NCBI GenBank assembly: GCA_964036045.1 | Contig: OZ038378.1 | Location: forward strand, 165,354,001 to 165,418,000 | From: Eutreptiella sp. 'Long Island Sound 2002' | Lineage: Eukaryota; Protista; Euglenida | Direction: 5' to 3' | Length of the DNA: 64,000 nt | Part shown: positions 10,530-24,990 of the stretch, piece by piece | Layout: each line of letters starts with the position of its first letter | Numbering within the stretch: the stretch's first letter is position 1 | Made by a program: the position numbers and the translations under genes | Notes under the pieces: generated by a model | Seen by the model: the letters and a program-made list of their open reading frames with translations, nothing else | Database searches by the model: none | Told to the model about the DNA's origin: nothing

Positions 10530-10977
10530 CGCGCGTTGTGGAGGCTACAAGGGGTCCGAATTGTTTTTTCCCGCAGTCCTGTGAGGAGTGCGAAGTGGGT
10601 GGCAGTGGGCGGGTAAACGACAGCGGTTGTGATCAACGACGGGCCGCTTGTAAGCGGTTGGGCAGGCGGTTGGGAGGCAGTTTCTGGTGGACACAGACCT
10701 GCCGGAGGGCTGTCTGGGGCGGACTTGCGCGTGGCCGTAGTCCATCGTGGCTGACTCGACGGGGGGGGGGGGGGGGTACACAGCTTTCTCTGACCGTCAC
10801 TGTCATGGGAATGACTGCATGTGGAGCCTCTGCCAAAATGTGGTACAATTTTACTGTGCCACATTTCGCCGTTCCGAATTTCGCACCTGCTAACGCCCCC
10901 CCCACCCCCGTCCCGGTACACAACGACCCAAGGTGAGGTGCGGCAGCCTGGCGCCATGAGGGAAGGAGATCTAACAA

Positions 10978-11877
10978 CCTCTCTTCGAGGTGATTTCCAA
11001 ATAATGGGCAATTCAGAAATTGAACTAGGGACTTCCAGTTTGCAGGTGCAGTACTTCTACAACTCAGCTATCTACTTTCCCTACTACTCACCTGTGAGAA
11101 AGGGTTCAAAGTGAAAACATGACGTCCCCAACAATTCAGACCCTCGGGACCTTGTAATGGAGAGAAAATGTGCAGAGATCTGGGAAAGGCAAGAATATGG
11201 CTTCGGTCCTCAAATAAAATTCCACAGCTCCTGGTGCCCGTGATGGGTAGTGAGGACCTGCAGAACATGTTGAAATTTGCCCGCACATAGTGTTGTAGTG
11301 CCCTGTTGCAACAATTGTGGTCAGGGTGAGGTATGGGCAGGTTTTCGGCGACATACGTGTTTTGGTACCGCGCGTCGCGCGCAAGCACGGGCTTGTCTAA
11401 GGGCGCGGGCGTCGTGTACCCCCCTTTTTGGGGCTCATTCGCGTAGCATACCCTAAGGCATGATATTTGATGTCCAACCCCTTGTAAACTCATTATTTTG
11501 CCCAATAAGGCAATCCCCCAATCGATTTTTTGATTCTGAGGCCTCTATCCCCTGAGACTGGATATCACTTTTTTTGGGGGGGTCAAAAGTTTGTGCTCAG
11601 AAGTTTGTGCTCAGCGGGGTTTGAACGAGGGAGGCGCCGGCCGGCCGACCAGGAATTGAACCGCCGTCCTACATGTCTGCGGCCGGGTGCATTACTGTTC
11701 GGTCGTTGCTTGATCTGACAGTATCTGCGCTCCCCACTGCTTGAAGCCAAGTCTGCCACTGAAAAAACCCAAACTGTATGTTTCTGTCTGCCTGCCTGCT
11801 TGCCCGACTGACTGTCTGACTGACTGCTTGCCTGACTAACTGAATGATTGGCGGACTGTCAGCCTCTCTTCGAGGTG
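10978..11877 (+). mobile_element. Candidate retroposon (SINE or truncated LINE) with a 15-bp TSD and a (CTGA/CTGC)n-like tail
   Basis: Exact direct repeat cctctcttcgaggtg at 10978-10992 and 11863-11877; simple-repeat tail at ~11785-11862 abuts the right copy. Confidence 0.5.
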
Positions 11878-12882
11878 CACTGCCGAAGGCGATAGAATTT
11901 TTGTACCACATTTTCCCCCTACCAAATTTTGCCTTACCAAAATATGCCTGCACCCCCCCCCCCCCAACCGGTATGTGGTGGTGGGGTCATTGTGTATGTG
12001 TTGGGGGGGGGGGGGCGATGCAGCCGAAATTACAACAAAGAATGGGCAGGATGCGGGAACAAAAGTGGAACAAAGCGAATTTTGCATTCCACGGCAATCC
12101 GTGTTGTCCCGAAATCCCACTTGTCTCCGAGTGGCCCGCTGAGGTAGCAGTGGCGCGAGGTTGAGATAGACCCGTGGATACTGGATACCAGGGTTTTGGG
12201 GGGTGGGTGCACGCAACCGCATCAACCGCTGTAGCAACGTCCATTTGTGGAGGGCGTCGGGCACAATCATCACTGGGGCACACAGGGGACAATAGGCCTC
12301 GAAGGCAAGGCAGGCGGCGAGCAGGACGCCACTTGGGGCCACCAACGCCACAGACCCGCGTGTTTTGACACAAAGGTCCAGCTTGAGGCAGCACTATGTC
12401 TCCTTCGCAAAAAGGAAGAATGCCGCTGCGGAGCGACCCGGTGTGGCGGTTGGAGAAGGTTTAGGGCAATGTCGTTGCGGGCACGTGTCCAAGGTAGCGG
12501 TACCAGTTTGGGGCGCAAGTAATGTGGTGGTATTAAGGAATGCCCTGCTCTGTGTCATTGTCTCTTGTAGGACGCTCCCCCTGCGGATGGACTGAAATGG
12601 TGCTGGCGGCATGCATAGCCGATGTCTCGCACGCCGGCCCGGCTCTGCGACGGCAGTGGTCTCTATGATGGACGGCTCCGATGTGTTCTCGGTCTTCTAT
12701 TTTTTTTATGCCGCTCTGCTTTCTGGACATGCCACTTACGTCTGATTTTGTGTGGCTTTGTGTGGCTGTGGATGTCCCAGCAGGAGCCCTCTGCAGTATT
12801 TTCAGAACGGTGCCTCAGCTTTTCCACCTCCCGAAAACAGTCTTTTTGCTCCTACACCACTACTCCTCCCCTGAGCGGATCG

Positions 12883-13920
<1,038 letters not shown>

Positions 13921-14255
13921 GGCTAGCCGCCCCCACCCCCCTTCCACGGTAATGCCTGCTCGCACTTCTGAACCGGAGACATGTCATGATGGCATTATGG
14001 GAATTGCCCTCGGTCAGTTTGTGTGGATGCAATCTGGAAGGGTTTGAATGCTACATTTCGTGTGGGCGCAATGTCATCAATGGCACCGCGTTTCGTTCCC
14101 CGTCTCCTGTTCTGCGACCCCCATCATGTGTGTTCACCTGCCCCAACGGGCCACGGAAACGTCTCTTTGGTGTTGCCTGGAAGAATGGAGCCGTGCTAAC
14201 CACGATCCCAGAATCGCTTGCTGGTCCATTGGCAGCCCGGACCCTTTGTCCAGAA

Positions 14256-14660
14256 GACACCCTCGTCTAAGGTACAGTATGCGTGGGCACCTGCGGGGCG
14301 GCAGCTGCACCGCTTGCGAACGCATGTGCTGTTGGCTGAGTCGAAGGTGTGATGCCGCGGGATGACGTTCTGCTGCCCAAGGTACAGCCGGTGTCCGGAA
14401 TATATCAATCTGGGACCTGATTTCAGTGGGTACCAAATGCAGTAATGCACCGAGAGGCCAAGGGTTTGGATATGAATCGCACAATTCACAGGCAGATTGC
14501 GCTTTGCGGATCGCCGGTTGCGCTTTGGAGGATAGCTGGCCTTGAAATGGCCATTCTGTCCATCAGCTCCACGTGCAACCCTGTCCTTTTGAGCCTGGCC
14601 GCTCTTTGTTGCTGTTCCCCCCTGCGCACGCAGGAGACGCCCTTGTCCAAGGTACCGTAG
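14256..14660. mobile_element. Two right-end TIR copies of a Tc1/mariner-like (TA-target) family
   Basis: ccctcgtctaaggtacag|ta (~14260-14280) and cccttgtccaaggtaccg|ta (~14640-14660). Reverse-complement left ends ta|ctgtagcttggaca(c/a)ggg occur at ~56333 and ~58848. Confidence 0.45.
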
Positions 14661-16159
14661 GTGTCCACGTCGTGTTCATTCGGGACCCCGGCATCTAATA
14701 GCATTTGCAGTGGTAGACCATTTTGACTACCACACGGACCATTCTGACTACAAAACAGTGGCCCCGCCGTGTCCTTCGACCCCAAAAACAACAAGTTCCC
14801 TTTTTTCGAGCTCTCCCGCATGTCTTGCGAAGAGCAGTGCTCCGCCTCGTTGGCTCAGTAGCACTCCTGCTGTGACGGGGGTCTTGCTAGTCCATATGTC
14901 ATGTGCATTGGGAGCAGGTGGCAACAATCTGGAATGCCCAGAAATCTTTTGGCCTCTATCATGCTTGAGCACATGCCCTGCAGTCGGGTGCTGGCGCTTC
15001 GAATCAGAGCTGACCACGGCACGGGCTTCAACACAGCGGCAAAGTCGGAGGTGGCACAGGAAGCCCACGTTTCCGGTGACGCATTCGCCTCAGAGGCTTC
15101 GACTTCCCGACTTCGAGTCACAATTTCGCGATTTTACTTTCAGCAGCACATTTATGGCGTTTGCTGTTGGCCCCCCACCTCAGCCTCCAGAAGGGCTGGA
15201 GGGGGGGCGTTGTTATGTCATAATGGTGCGCAGCGTGCGCCCTGTGCAGCCCCTGCCCCCAAGGCATCACATGCTGACAAGCGTGACACCGGTGCGTTGC
15301 CACCACATCCCCTTGTACATTAGCGCTGTGTTGCACAAGGACGCACCACGCCACCGGCCTACTATTTTTACCCTGTGTGCGTTGTTACCCTCAAGCTAGC
15401 CATTTGGATGCGCGATACTGTAGAGTACCAGGACAGGTAGAAGAGAAAGCTGTGGGATGAAGCCAAGGCGCATATGGTGACAACAACGAATAAGCGACCC
15501 AGCGAATTTGGTGACAAGTTTGACTTGACAGGGCGTCAAACAGGGTGAGCAGGAAGCATAGAGTGCGGACCGACAGCAGCACGTCAGGCAGGACCAGGAA
15601 TCAGAGAAGAGAGAGAGAGATTAGGGATGACACGAATAGCATGGTACATTAGAGTGAGGTCAAGTTATTTTTGGGGATAGAGCGTAGATGCACACAGGCA
15701 CTGCATATGGAGAGGACAGAACGGTGGGTCTTGAAATGTAGAGTATCGAAGCAGGAAGTTCATTTTGTTTGTGGCGTCTCTCTGCAGACACGTGGCTGGA
15801 AGGCATGTGTTGGTTGTGGCTGATAGTTGTGCATACCTCTAATGGGAATGTTCTTTCGGGGACTGTTTTATGAAACACCCCAGACGGACCAGCAAGTAGA
15901 ACCGTTACGGACCGTGGAGTGGCCACAGGGGCCGAACTCAGGACTAGCGGACGAGCAAAACAAAATTGCTGGTCAGCATAGGCCATTACCAGCCGTGCTT
16001 CGGGCCATTTAGGGCCCTTTTTTTTGCCCACTTTTGTTTGCTTTCGACACACACTAACCCCCCTCCCCTTGTCCAGTAAGTGCCCTTGTCTAGTAAGGGG
16101 GGGGGTGAGCGAACCGGCACCTTCCATTCTCCAAATTTTCTTAGAAGGTTGGATATTGA

Positions 16160-16960
16160 GGTTCTCTTGTGTGTTTGTTGATTAGACAAGGTACTGTTGT
16201 TGGTGCATTGCTGTGTACTTCAAATTTCTTTCATGGAAGGCACTGCTGTGCATCCTGTATCATGCAGAACATTTCGTTTTTCGCAATTCAGCCATGAATG
16301 CCGATGACATTGACACATACTCTCCTGGTGCTGTTGTCAATTTCCAACGTTCAGACGGCTGATTCTTCGGATTCGGAATCATCTAACCCTCCTTCCTTCA
16401 CCATCTCGGGCAAGTTAATCGGAAAATGATAGTGATGGCACTGGTACTTCAGGGTCAGAGTCAGGGTCAGGGCTGTCATTCCATGCCTCACAGACTGCAA
16501 CAGATTCTCATGTGTCATCGCTGACATCTGTTGATAGTGGTCTCCCAAGTGGTGTTGAGGAAGACAGTGACAGTGCAGCCGACACTGAGATTGTTTGGGC
16601 AAAGGGTGTTTGTGGTGTCAGGGGTTTGGCAAATGCTTTCGCCAACGGAAAATTGTATTTCACCTGTGATGTTCCTGAGGCAAACTGCATGCCACAGGAG
16701 CTGGAGCCCCCTGCCAAACCTGCTGCCCAGGTGGCAGCCAAGCCTGCAGCCAAACCTGCAGCTGGAGAGCCCATTCCTGTGGCCCCTGTTGAGCATGTGC
16801 AGCTCTTTAAGGTGGCATACTCGCGTCAATGGCACACCGAGCCCGTTGCTCAGTAGACCTGACAGGCATTCCTGCAGGCAGTTTCCTGGTCATTTTGTGG
16901 TTCACATGCCCTCGTGTTCGCCCTCTTGTTTTGTGTCGCGCATCTCTTGTCCAGTAATCG
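16160..16960 (+). repeat. Dispersed repeat with decayed ORF remnant (PAAQVAAKPAAK...HVQLFK), copy 1
   Basis: Alignable by eye with 18266-18890. Bracketed by inverted cccttgtccagtaag (~16066) and cttactggacaaggg (~17029). Confidence 0.75.
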
Positions 16961-18265
16961 GGGGCTGAGGGAACCATCACTCGGGGTAGGCGCCCTCGGG
17001 GGTGTGAGGGAACCGTCACGCGCAGCCGCTTACTGGACAAGGGTGGGGAGGGGTACTGTTGGTTCCTGAAGAAATGCGGTGGTACAGTGGGTTTCAGCCG
17101 TGCCAACTTTGATCTCAGGGCAAAGTCTGACTCGGAATCGAATGCGAAGCTGTTTGGTTGACTGCGCGCTCGTCAAGGGGGGCGGGTGAACCCCCGCCCC
17201 CCTCCCTTTGGGGTAACAATCCGTTCCGTTTTTGTCCGCCCCCATCGGCCCGCCAACCGGTTTTCCAAATCCAGTAATCGCGTTGACCACCACCTTTGGA
17301 AACCCCCTGCAACCCCCCCCCCCCCCCCAGGCACATCCCTGGGTGAAGTCTCCTCCACTGGACAGAAAGTGCCGGTGGCTCCGTCCCGTCCGTCAGACGA
17401 TGCAGAAGCGAGAAACAATGCGATTGCTGATGCCAGAACCTGCACATCACAGCCACGCGAAGGCTGTGTTCTGTGGCCCAATCCGCAAGGGACACAAAGC
17501 CAGCGCGTCAAAGAGACACGCCGCAACTTCAGGCCCATCCCCCCCCTTTCTGAAGCTGTTGGTGGATTGGTTTGTGAAACAAGGTCGGTCTGCCGGAGTC
17601 TTCTCTTTGCTGCTTGTAGTTATACCAGATATATATGTATATATATAGTGGCTTTAGCCATTCTGCATTCCCCAGGCCCCCCTGGCTCCAGCAGAGCTGG
17701 TTGTCCGAGTGTTGGGCCTCTATACTTACATACACAGAGTGGTTCGCTCGAACCCAGCTATACTCACTACACTTCCCGATGACGACGGGATCAGAGCAGT
17801 GGCCACCCCTGCGATACTGTGGAAGGGAACAGCACAAGGCCAGACTACCTTTTCCACGCATTACCATGCTGGGGGATGGTGCGCTCGCTTTCCAGATAAG
17901 AACACTTCTCAGCTCATTAGCAGCTGAAGGGGGGTATCTGACGACGGGGAATGGAAGTGCCCTTGGCCCAGACAACCGCTCCATCGGGGATGATGAGAGT
18001 CAGTGGCCGGGGACCAGGTCCACGACCTGCACCTCAAGCCCGGTTGCGTGCGAGACCCACGACACCTCCTCCCCCTCCTCCCGCTGCGCCCACGCGAATG
18101 ACCTTCTTCCAACCCCAGCGCATGTTTGCAACCCGTCAAAGGCTAGCCTGACCGTGGCATCGCCAGTGTCCCATGGACCGAGTGCGGAATGCATGCGTGC
18201 AAGGACTGCCAGGGAACACCCCCGCACCCCTTACTGCCTGGTTTGTACCCCAGTAGTTGAGCTTC

Positions 18266-18890
18266 TATTGTGTGTGTTTGCTGGTTGGACAAGGTAATAT
18301 TATTGGTGCATTGCTGTGTACTCCAAATTTCTTGCATGCAAGGCACTACACTGTACAGAACACTCAGTTTTCGCATTTCCGGTCATGGATGTCGATCATA
18401 TTGTGCATGTGTTCAATTTTGGTTGCCAATGAATTTATTGGTCGGCAGATGACGCAGGAAGGACATCCCTCTTCACTGTCATCCTCTTCTTCTCCATTGA
18501 TAGCACTTCTGGGATATTGCGCCCCCCCATCATCCCCTCCCGCTGATGAGCCAGAGGCTGTACAGCTCACTGGTGAATATAGCCTCCCAAAAATGGGCGC
18601 TGTCTCCCATTGTGGCCGACCATGCGCTAGTCATGCAGTGCTTGCCACAATCGTTAACCACAAGTGCAGCCAAAATTGCTGCCCAGGTGGCAGCCAAGCC
18701 TGCAGCCAAGCGTGCAGCTGGAGAGCCCTTTCAAGTGGCCCCTGTCAAGCATGTGTAGCTCTTCAAAGTCAAATACTCGCGAAGAAGTGGTACACAGAGT
18801 CTGAACACGCATCCCAACAGGCAGTTTTTGGGTCATTTTGTGGATCACATGCCCTCGTGTTTGGATGCCTTGCTTTGTGTGACAGGTCTG
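18266..18890 (+). repeat. Diverged second copy of the 16160-16960 repeat
   Basis: Shared blocks ggtgcattgctgtgtact, gctgcccaggtggcagccaagcctgcagcc and catgtg(c/t)agctctt. Confidence 0.75.
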
Positions 18891-19164
18891 CTGTGTTTCC
18901 TTGGGGCGGGGGGGGGGGGGTCAATTGGGTCAATTGGACTATGTTCCCGTGGCGCAGGCAGGTCCAGGGGAGGTACGAAATTCCCCATAGCCACTGTAAG
19001 CTGGCTGCCCCCTACACTGCATCTCGTCGTTGTCCAATACGGGCACATGTTGCCATGCTCCATCAAACTCCACACGAGCGCTTCATTGTACGCCATCTCC
19101 CATGGAATGTGCTCCCATGCGCAAGACATTCAAAGAACAGTGTGCGCTTAGATGGGTTTTGATA

Positions 19165-22100
19165 TTTTGTTCATCCAAACTGTTTCAATGCAAAGTTGAT
19201 GTTTCACACAATGCCATAATGGGTTGGTGCCAATTCATGTACAAATCTATTAATGGTGGCTCGTGCCTTGGTCTTGGTGTTGTTTTTCACTCTTTAATCT
19301 CAGTGATACCACCTAGATGCGCACAAAAAAAGCAAATAGACATTCAATAGTCATCATGTTTCAACAACGTGTTCCATTGCAATTCATACAATGTTGTAAC
19401 AGGTGTATTAGTGGCAATTCATTTCCAAATCCATTAAATTCGCTTCATGCTCTGCTCTTCGGGCTTTTTTTCATGCATTCGACTCATTGATACTACCTAG
19501 ATGGACGGAAGGGAAGCAATTAGACACCAAATGGAGCATATTGCGCGTTGCACCTGCGCTGGCACAAAATTTGTACAGTACCATTCCCAAACTGCATAGT
19601 AGTGCCTAGTATCAATAACAATGAGCCCCGGGAGTACCGCATGCGGTCACCAGCACCGCCACCTTCTCCCAGTCAGCCTGGCCGTAGTCTCTTCGCATCA
19701 CTAGAGGCCAAGCAGCGCGATCCCCCGCCATCGCCGCTATCGAATACACTATCTATGTTGGTGTGACAACCACGCGCGTCAAGCCGGCCGGCTTGGTCCC
19801 CCTCCGCTTCAATCGCCAGTAGTCTATCTCTACCGGTGCAGCAGACGTCACATTGGTGGTCGGCACCGGGGCTGGCACATTCGCGCTCACGGGGCAGATC
19901 GCCTTCACCCCCAACATCAAAGCCGAGGCCCCAAACAGGGCGCGCTCCGAAGACTGCGGCGCACTCCCGTCAGAACAAGAAGGACCGCAACACTACCGCT
20001 CGACCGGTTTGTCCGTCTATGGCATTGAAAGGTCATTCGAGACATTTGGATGGGTTCCGCCCATGACTGTGGGTTGGCGTCAAACATCAGGCTGTGCAAC
20101 ATTGTGGGAGTGTAGTATGGTCGCAGAGGCAAGAATATTGCCAATGGTAGCAAAAAATCCCCAATTTATTTAATGTAGGCGCTGTGCGCAAGCTGTGCGC
20201 GATGTACCAACGCTACGCGTCCTGTGCACAAACGCCCTCAATAGTCATCATTTTTTCAACAAAGTGTTTGAATGCAAAGTTGACCGTTCATACAATGTTG
20301 TAACAGGCGTCTAAGTGGCAATTGGTTTCCAAATTTGTTGAAAGCGGCTCATGTTTTGCTCGTCGTCCCTTTTTCACTCATTCATCTCATTGATACGGCT
20401 TACATTAGCACAAAGGAAGCAAATAGGCATTTGATAGTCATCATTTTCTTCATTGGCTCGTGGTGTTTTTTTGTTCATTTATCTCATTACCTAGATGCGT
20501 GCAAAGGGACCCGATAGGCATTAAATGGTCATTGCTTGTTTCGGCAAAGTGGTCCAATGCAAATTTCACGTTTCTTAAAATGTTTTCACGAGTGTATATG
20601 TAGCAACTCATTTTCAATACCCTTGAAATTGTGCTGTGCCTGCTTCTTTGTGCTTTTTTCGGTTAGTAATCTCATTCATACCATGTAGATGTGTACAACT
20701 GGCACCGACAGACATTTACTTGTCCTCATTTGTTTTAACAAAATGTTCCAGAGTTGACCCTTCTTAGAATATAGATATGCTTGTATTGCTAGCAACCTAC
20801 TTCTGAATTACTTAAAGTAGCCCGTGCCGTGTTGTTCGTGCTTTTTACACTCATTATCATATCTCATACCTCAATGTAGGAATGGACTTTAGCCCATCCC
20901 GTTACATTAGACACAGATTCTTGGCTTCTAGTTTTGACAGCGAATCTGCATTCTCGTATAGATTTCACTCAGTTGTATGCTGGCAGCGCACATGCATAAA
21001 GCAAAGACAAATGACCGCGAACAGTTGACAGTGATAGTCTGGTGCAACATGTATGCAACATGAGCTTGTTTTCATAGGAACAATGTGATCATGTGAACAT
21101 TGTCGAGTATTCAATGTATTTCGGTTGACTTCTAGATTGTAATGCACCATGAATCACCGCGTTTTTTCAATCGATCATAATTTGAGTAGTTTTTGTGCTA
21201 TGCTGCTTGCTATTGATACTACGTAGATGCGCACGAAGGGAGGCAATGCAAATGTGCCGAAAGTAAGGTTTGCAACCTCCTAGCTTTTAAGATAACCGTT
21301 TGTCTGATCGCTTATTTGTTTTTAGCTAACCGCCTTTTCCAATTATTAGTTTTGAGAATAAACGGATTTGGCAATGATCAGCTCTCTTGAACACCAGAAA
21401 TACAAGCTGAAGTAGAAGAGTTGGTACTACTTGAAAAGCTTGATTTCCTTTTTCGTGGAAAAGAAGACATAAAGAGTATCATCAAAGAAAACTTGACCAT
21501 TCACGATCGCCACGATTATTTGATTTATAGTGGTTGCGACATTTACTGGTTGCGTTGGTTATTTTCTAAGTAACTTTTGTTATTTGCCGAGAAAGAGTTT
21601 TTTTGACCAATTGGTAAAATTGCTTGCAAAACATAGCACAAGGGGAGCAAATGCAGATGCACACAAACCGGACAAACATATTTTAAGCACTCATTATTTG
21701 TTTCACCCAAGTGCTCCAGTTCAAATTCAGCCTTCATACTATGTTGTACATGGGCTATTAGTGGCAACTCGTTTCCACATTTCTTAATCCAGCATTGCTC
21801 TTGGTTTTTTGTTGTTCCATTCATGTCATTGATACCACTAGATGCGGACAAAGAAATGCATCAGATGCGCACAGATTGAGGTTCGTAACCTCTCAGTTTG
21901 TAAGATAACCTGTTTTTGTCAATCATTGCTTTTTAAATTAACCATGTTTGGCTATCATTGCCCTTGATAAAAAAAACCGATTATCATTTTTTTTCTTCAC
22001 CAGGAGTAGAAGGCTCTGTGCTGCATGAAATACTTTATTTTCCAACGTAGAAGGGTGCGTTGTGATATTTTTTTATCTTTTTCATAAAAAATAGACACAA

Positions 22101-22450
22101 TGTGTATCATGAAAATAAATATGCACCATAATCGCTCCGATTTACTGGTTTGAATCCATTTCTATGAAAATTTCCACACTTGCTGGTTGTGCCAGCTGTT
22201 TTCAAAATGCTGTCCGATAATGCCGATAACCGGTCTTTGCAATTAATTGGCGAAACGGTTTACAAACTCGAGCACAAAAAGAGCACAAACGGACAACCAC
22301 AAAGGGAGCAAAAAACATCAAAGATCATTTCACCAAAGTGCTGCACTGTAAAGTTGACAATTCATACAATTTGGTAACGGGTGTATGAGTGCCAACTCAT
22401 TTCCAAAATCGTTAAAATGAACTCATGCATTGCTCTTGTTGTTTCATTCA
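19165..22450. repeat. Diverged AT-rich tandem repeat, unit ~185 bp
   Basis: Recurring gatac(c/t)acctagatg at ~19305 and ~19489 (184 bp apart), with further copies near 20390, 20490, 20680, 21215 and 21835. Recurring catacaatgttgtaacagg and aatagtcatca. Confidence 0.7.
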
Positions 22451-23794
22451 TTCATTCTTCTCATTGATTGGGAGCTTTGTGACACAACGTAATCTCCCGA
22501 GTGCTTCTGCAAAGTCGGTTTTTTTAGTCGCTTTTTTTTGTGCCGCGATGCTATTGTTGAGACAATTACTACTACCATTGTTTGGTGATTTACCATATTT
22601 TTTTTTGCACATGTACTACTTCAACCTCGGTTCTGCGCTCGGGTTTCAACCTATAGTACTGTACATAGGAAAGTGTAGCATACAAAGAAGAGAAATGAGT
22701 TGTTGTGCATGGTGCCGCCATTTAAATTGTATGGAGACTCTTGTGTTACCCTTGACATGTTTTGATATTGCAAAAAAAATTGAGTGAAGAAAAGCTTCAA
22801 TATATCTTAAGGATTTGAACACTACTAATATGCACACGTATGATGCTTGGTTTCGAAGATTGTTTGCTTGTGCTGACAATCGGTATTAAATGCCCAAAAC
22901 CCCGTTTGATTGCTCAAGGTTCAAAAGTGTGAACAAGGATCAGTGGTACACGGCATGTGAATTTTACCTTTCATTGCTGCATGCTTGCTTGGTGACGCCG
23001 CTTTTGATGTGCCATGTATGGGACGCCTTTCCTATTGCCTTAGTGGCCTTCTTAGAGTTTGAATTCAATTGTGGCCCGTTGAAGCTTTTTGACAATTTCG
23101 CAAGCTAATAAGCACTAACGTGCATGACCTGGTGGCTAATGAAAAACTGAGTTGATTCCAAACAACAATCTTTTCAAAGTTTTTGGGGCTCCACATGAAA
23201 CTGACCATTTGGTGTCCACGAAGCCATCGATAAATGAACAAAACAAAGCCTGAAGAGCAAAAAACGAGCCAATGTCAACAGTTTTGAAAATGAGTTGCCA
23301 CTAAGATGCCCGTTGGAAGATTGTATGAAAAGTCCACTTTGTATTGGAACATTTTGTTGACACGGATGATTAATATTGAAAGTCAAGTTGCTTTCTTTGT
23401 CCGCATCCCAGAAGTATGAATAAATTAATGAGGGCAAAAAGCGCGAAGGGAAAGATATGCGCCAATTTTTGGTGTTTTGGGAATGTGAGGCCACTAATAG
23501 ATGCATGAAAACACGGTATTGAAAAGCCAACCCTGCATTGGAACACTTCAATGAAATTCAAAAAATTTCCAACAACAACAGCAATCTCTAATTGGAATTA
23601 GGGCTGCAACGCACACCAAATGTGGTAAGACCATTCAATTGTATTCACAACCAACAAGCGTGCGGAGTGCCCACTAACCCAGGCCCAGCTACAAAACGTG
23701 CTAAAAGGTATTGCGGGGGGAGGATTGTGAAGAGGCTTATTAAACCCAAACCACCTCCATCCCACCAAGGCTACATCGCTTCACGTATGCACTG

Positions 23795-24990
23795 GTAGGG
23801 AAGTAGCACCTATGGGCTGGGTGGGGTGGAGGGGGGGGGGGGGGGCTTGCAGTACATTGGGGTGGGTCTTGGGGGGGGGGCTCCGCGAACTTTGAGGTGG
23901 ACTGGGCAGACTTTGATACCTTGCAGTGGTTCGCAGGCCGGGGGAGGGGGGCGGAGCCTCCGGGCCTTCACGGTGGGTTCTTGCTTGGTTTAATTGGCCG
24001 TAGATTGGGTTGGGGGGGGGGGGCACTTTAGCGCTGGGTTGAGGTTCTTGGGGTGGAGCGGGAGTGGGGGGCTTGGCATAGGGTGGGCCGCGGGGGGAGG
24101 GGGGGGGGCTCGTGCTACATTGGCGTGGTTTGGGGGTTAGGGCTCGGGGTACTTTGAGGGGGGTCGGCGTACGTAGGGGTGGGTGGGAGGGTGGGGGGGC
24201 TTGCACCACTTGGGGGTGGGGGGGTTTGAGGTACTTTGAGGTCGGGGGGGGGGGGGGGGGGGGGCTTGTGGTACATTGGCGTGGTTTGGGGGGTAGGGCT
24301 CGGGGTACTTTGAGGGGGGTCGGCGTACGTGGGGGTGGGTCGGAGGCTTGAGCTACTTTGGGGGGGGGGGGGGTAGTGTCGAATGGTTTGTGGGGGCTTC
24401 AGATATATTGGGGGGCTTGCACCACTTGGGGGGGGGGGGGGGGTTGAGGTATTTTGAGATCCGAGGGGCGGGGGGGTGTTGTACATTGGCGTGGTTTGGG
24501 CGGTAGGGCTCGGGGCAATTGGGGGGCTCGGCGTACGTCGGGCTGCGTGACAGGGGAGAGGGGGGGGGCTCGTGGTACATTGGAGTTGTTGGAGATGGGG
24601 GGGCTTGAGGTACTTTGAGGTCGGGGGGGGGGCTTGTGGTACATTGGCGTGGTTGTGGGGGGGGGGGGGGTAGGGCTCGGGGTACGTTAGGGGAGGGGGG
24701 GCTTGGCATAGGGTGGGCCTGGGGCTTGTGGTACATTGGTGTGGTTTGGGGCTTGGGCTCGGGGTACTTTGAGGGGGTTCGGCGTACGTGGGGGCGGGTC
24801 GGAGGCTTGAGGTACTTTGGGGGGCGAGGGGGGAGGGTAGTGTGGAATGGTTTGTGGGGGCTTCAGATATATTGGGGGGCTTGCACCACTTGGGGGGGGG
24901 GGGGGGGGGCTTGAGGAATTTTGAGGTCCGGGGGGGGGGGGGTTGTTATACATTGGCGTGGTTTGGGCGGTAGGGCTCGGGGCACTTTGG
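23795..24990 (+). repeat. G-rich complex minisatellite (G-quadruplex-prone)
   Basis: Motifs tacattggcgtggttt(g)n, tagggctcgggg and cttgcaccactt(g)n recur many times; extreme G/C strand skew. Confidence 0.9.

Noticed and set aside
22086-22098. Second SL relic (aaaaaatagacac)
   Set aside because: Only 13 nt, lacks the CG end and the CTGA part, and lies in AT-rich satellite; chance match likely.
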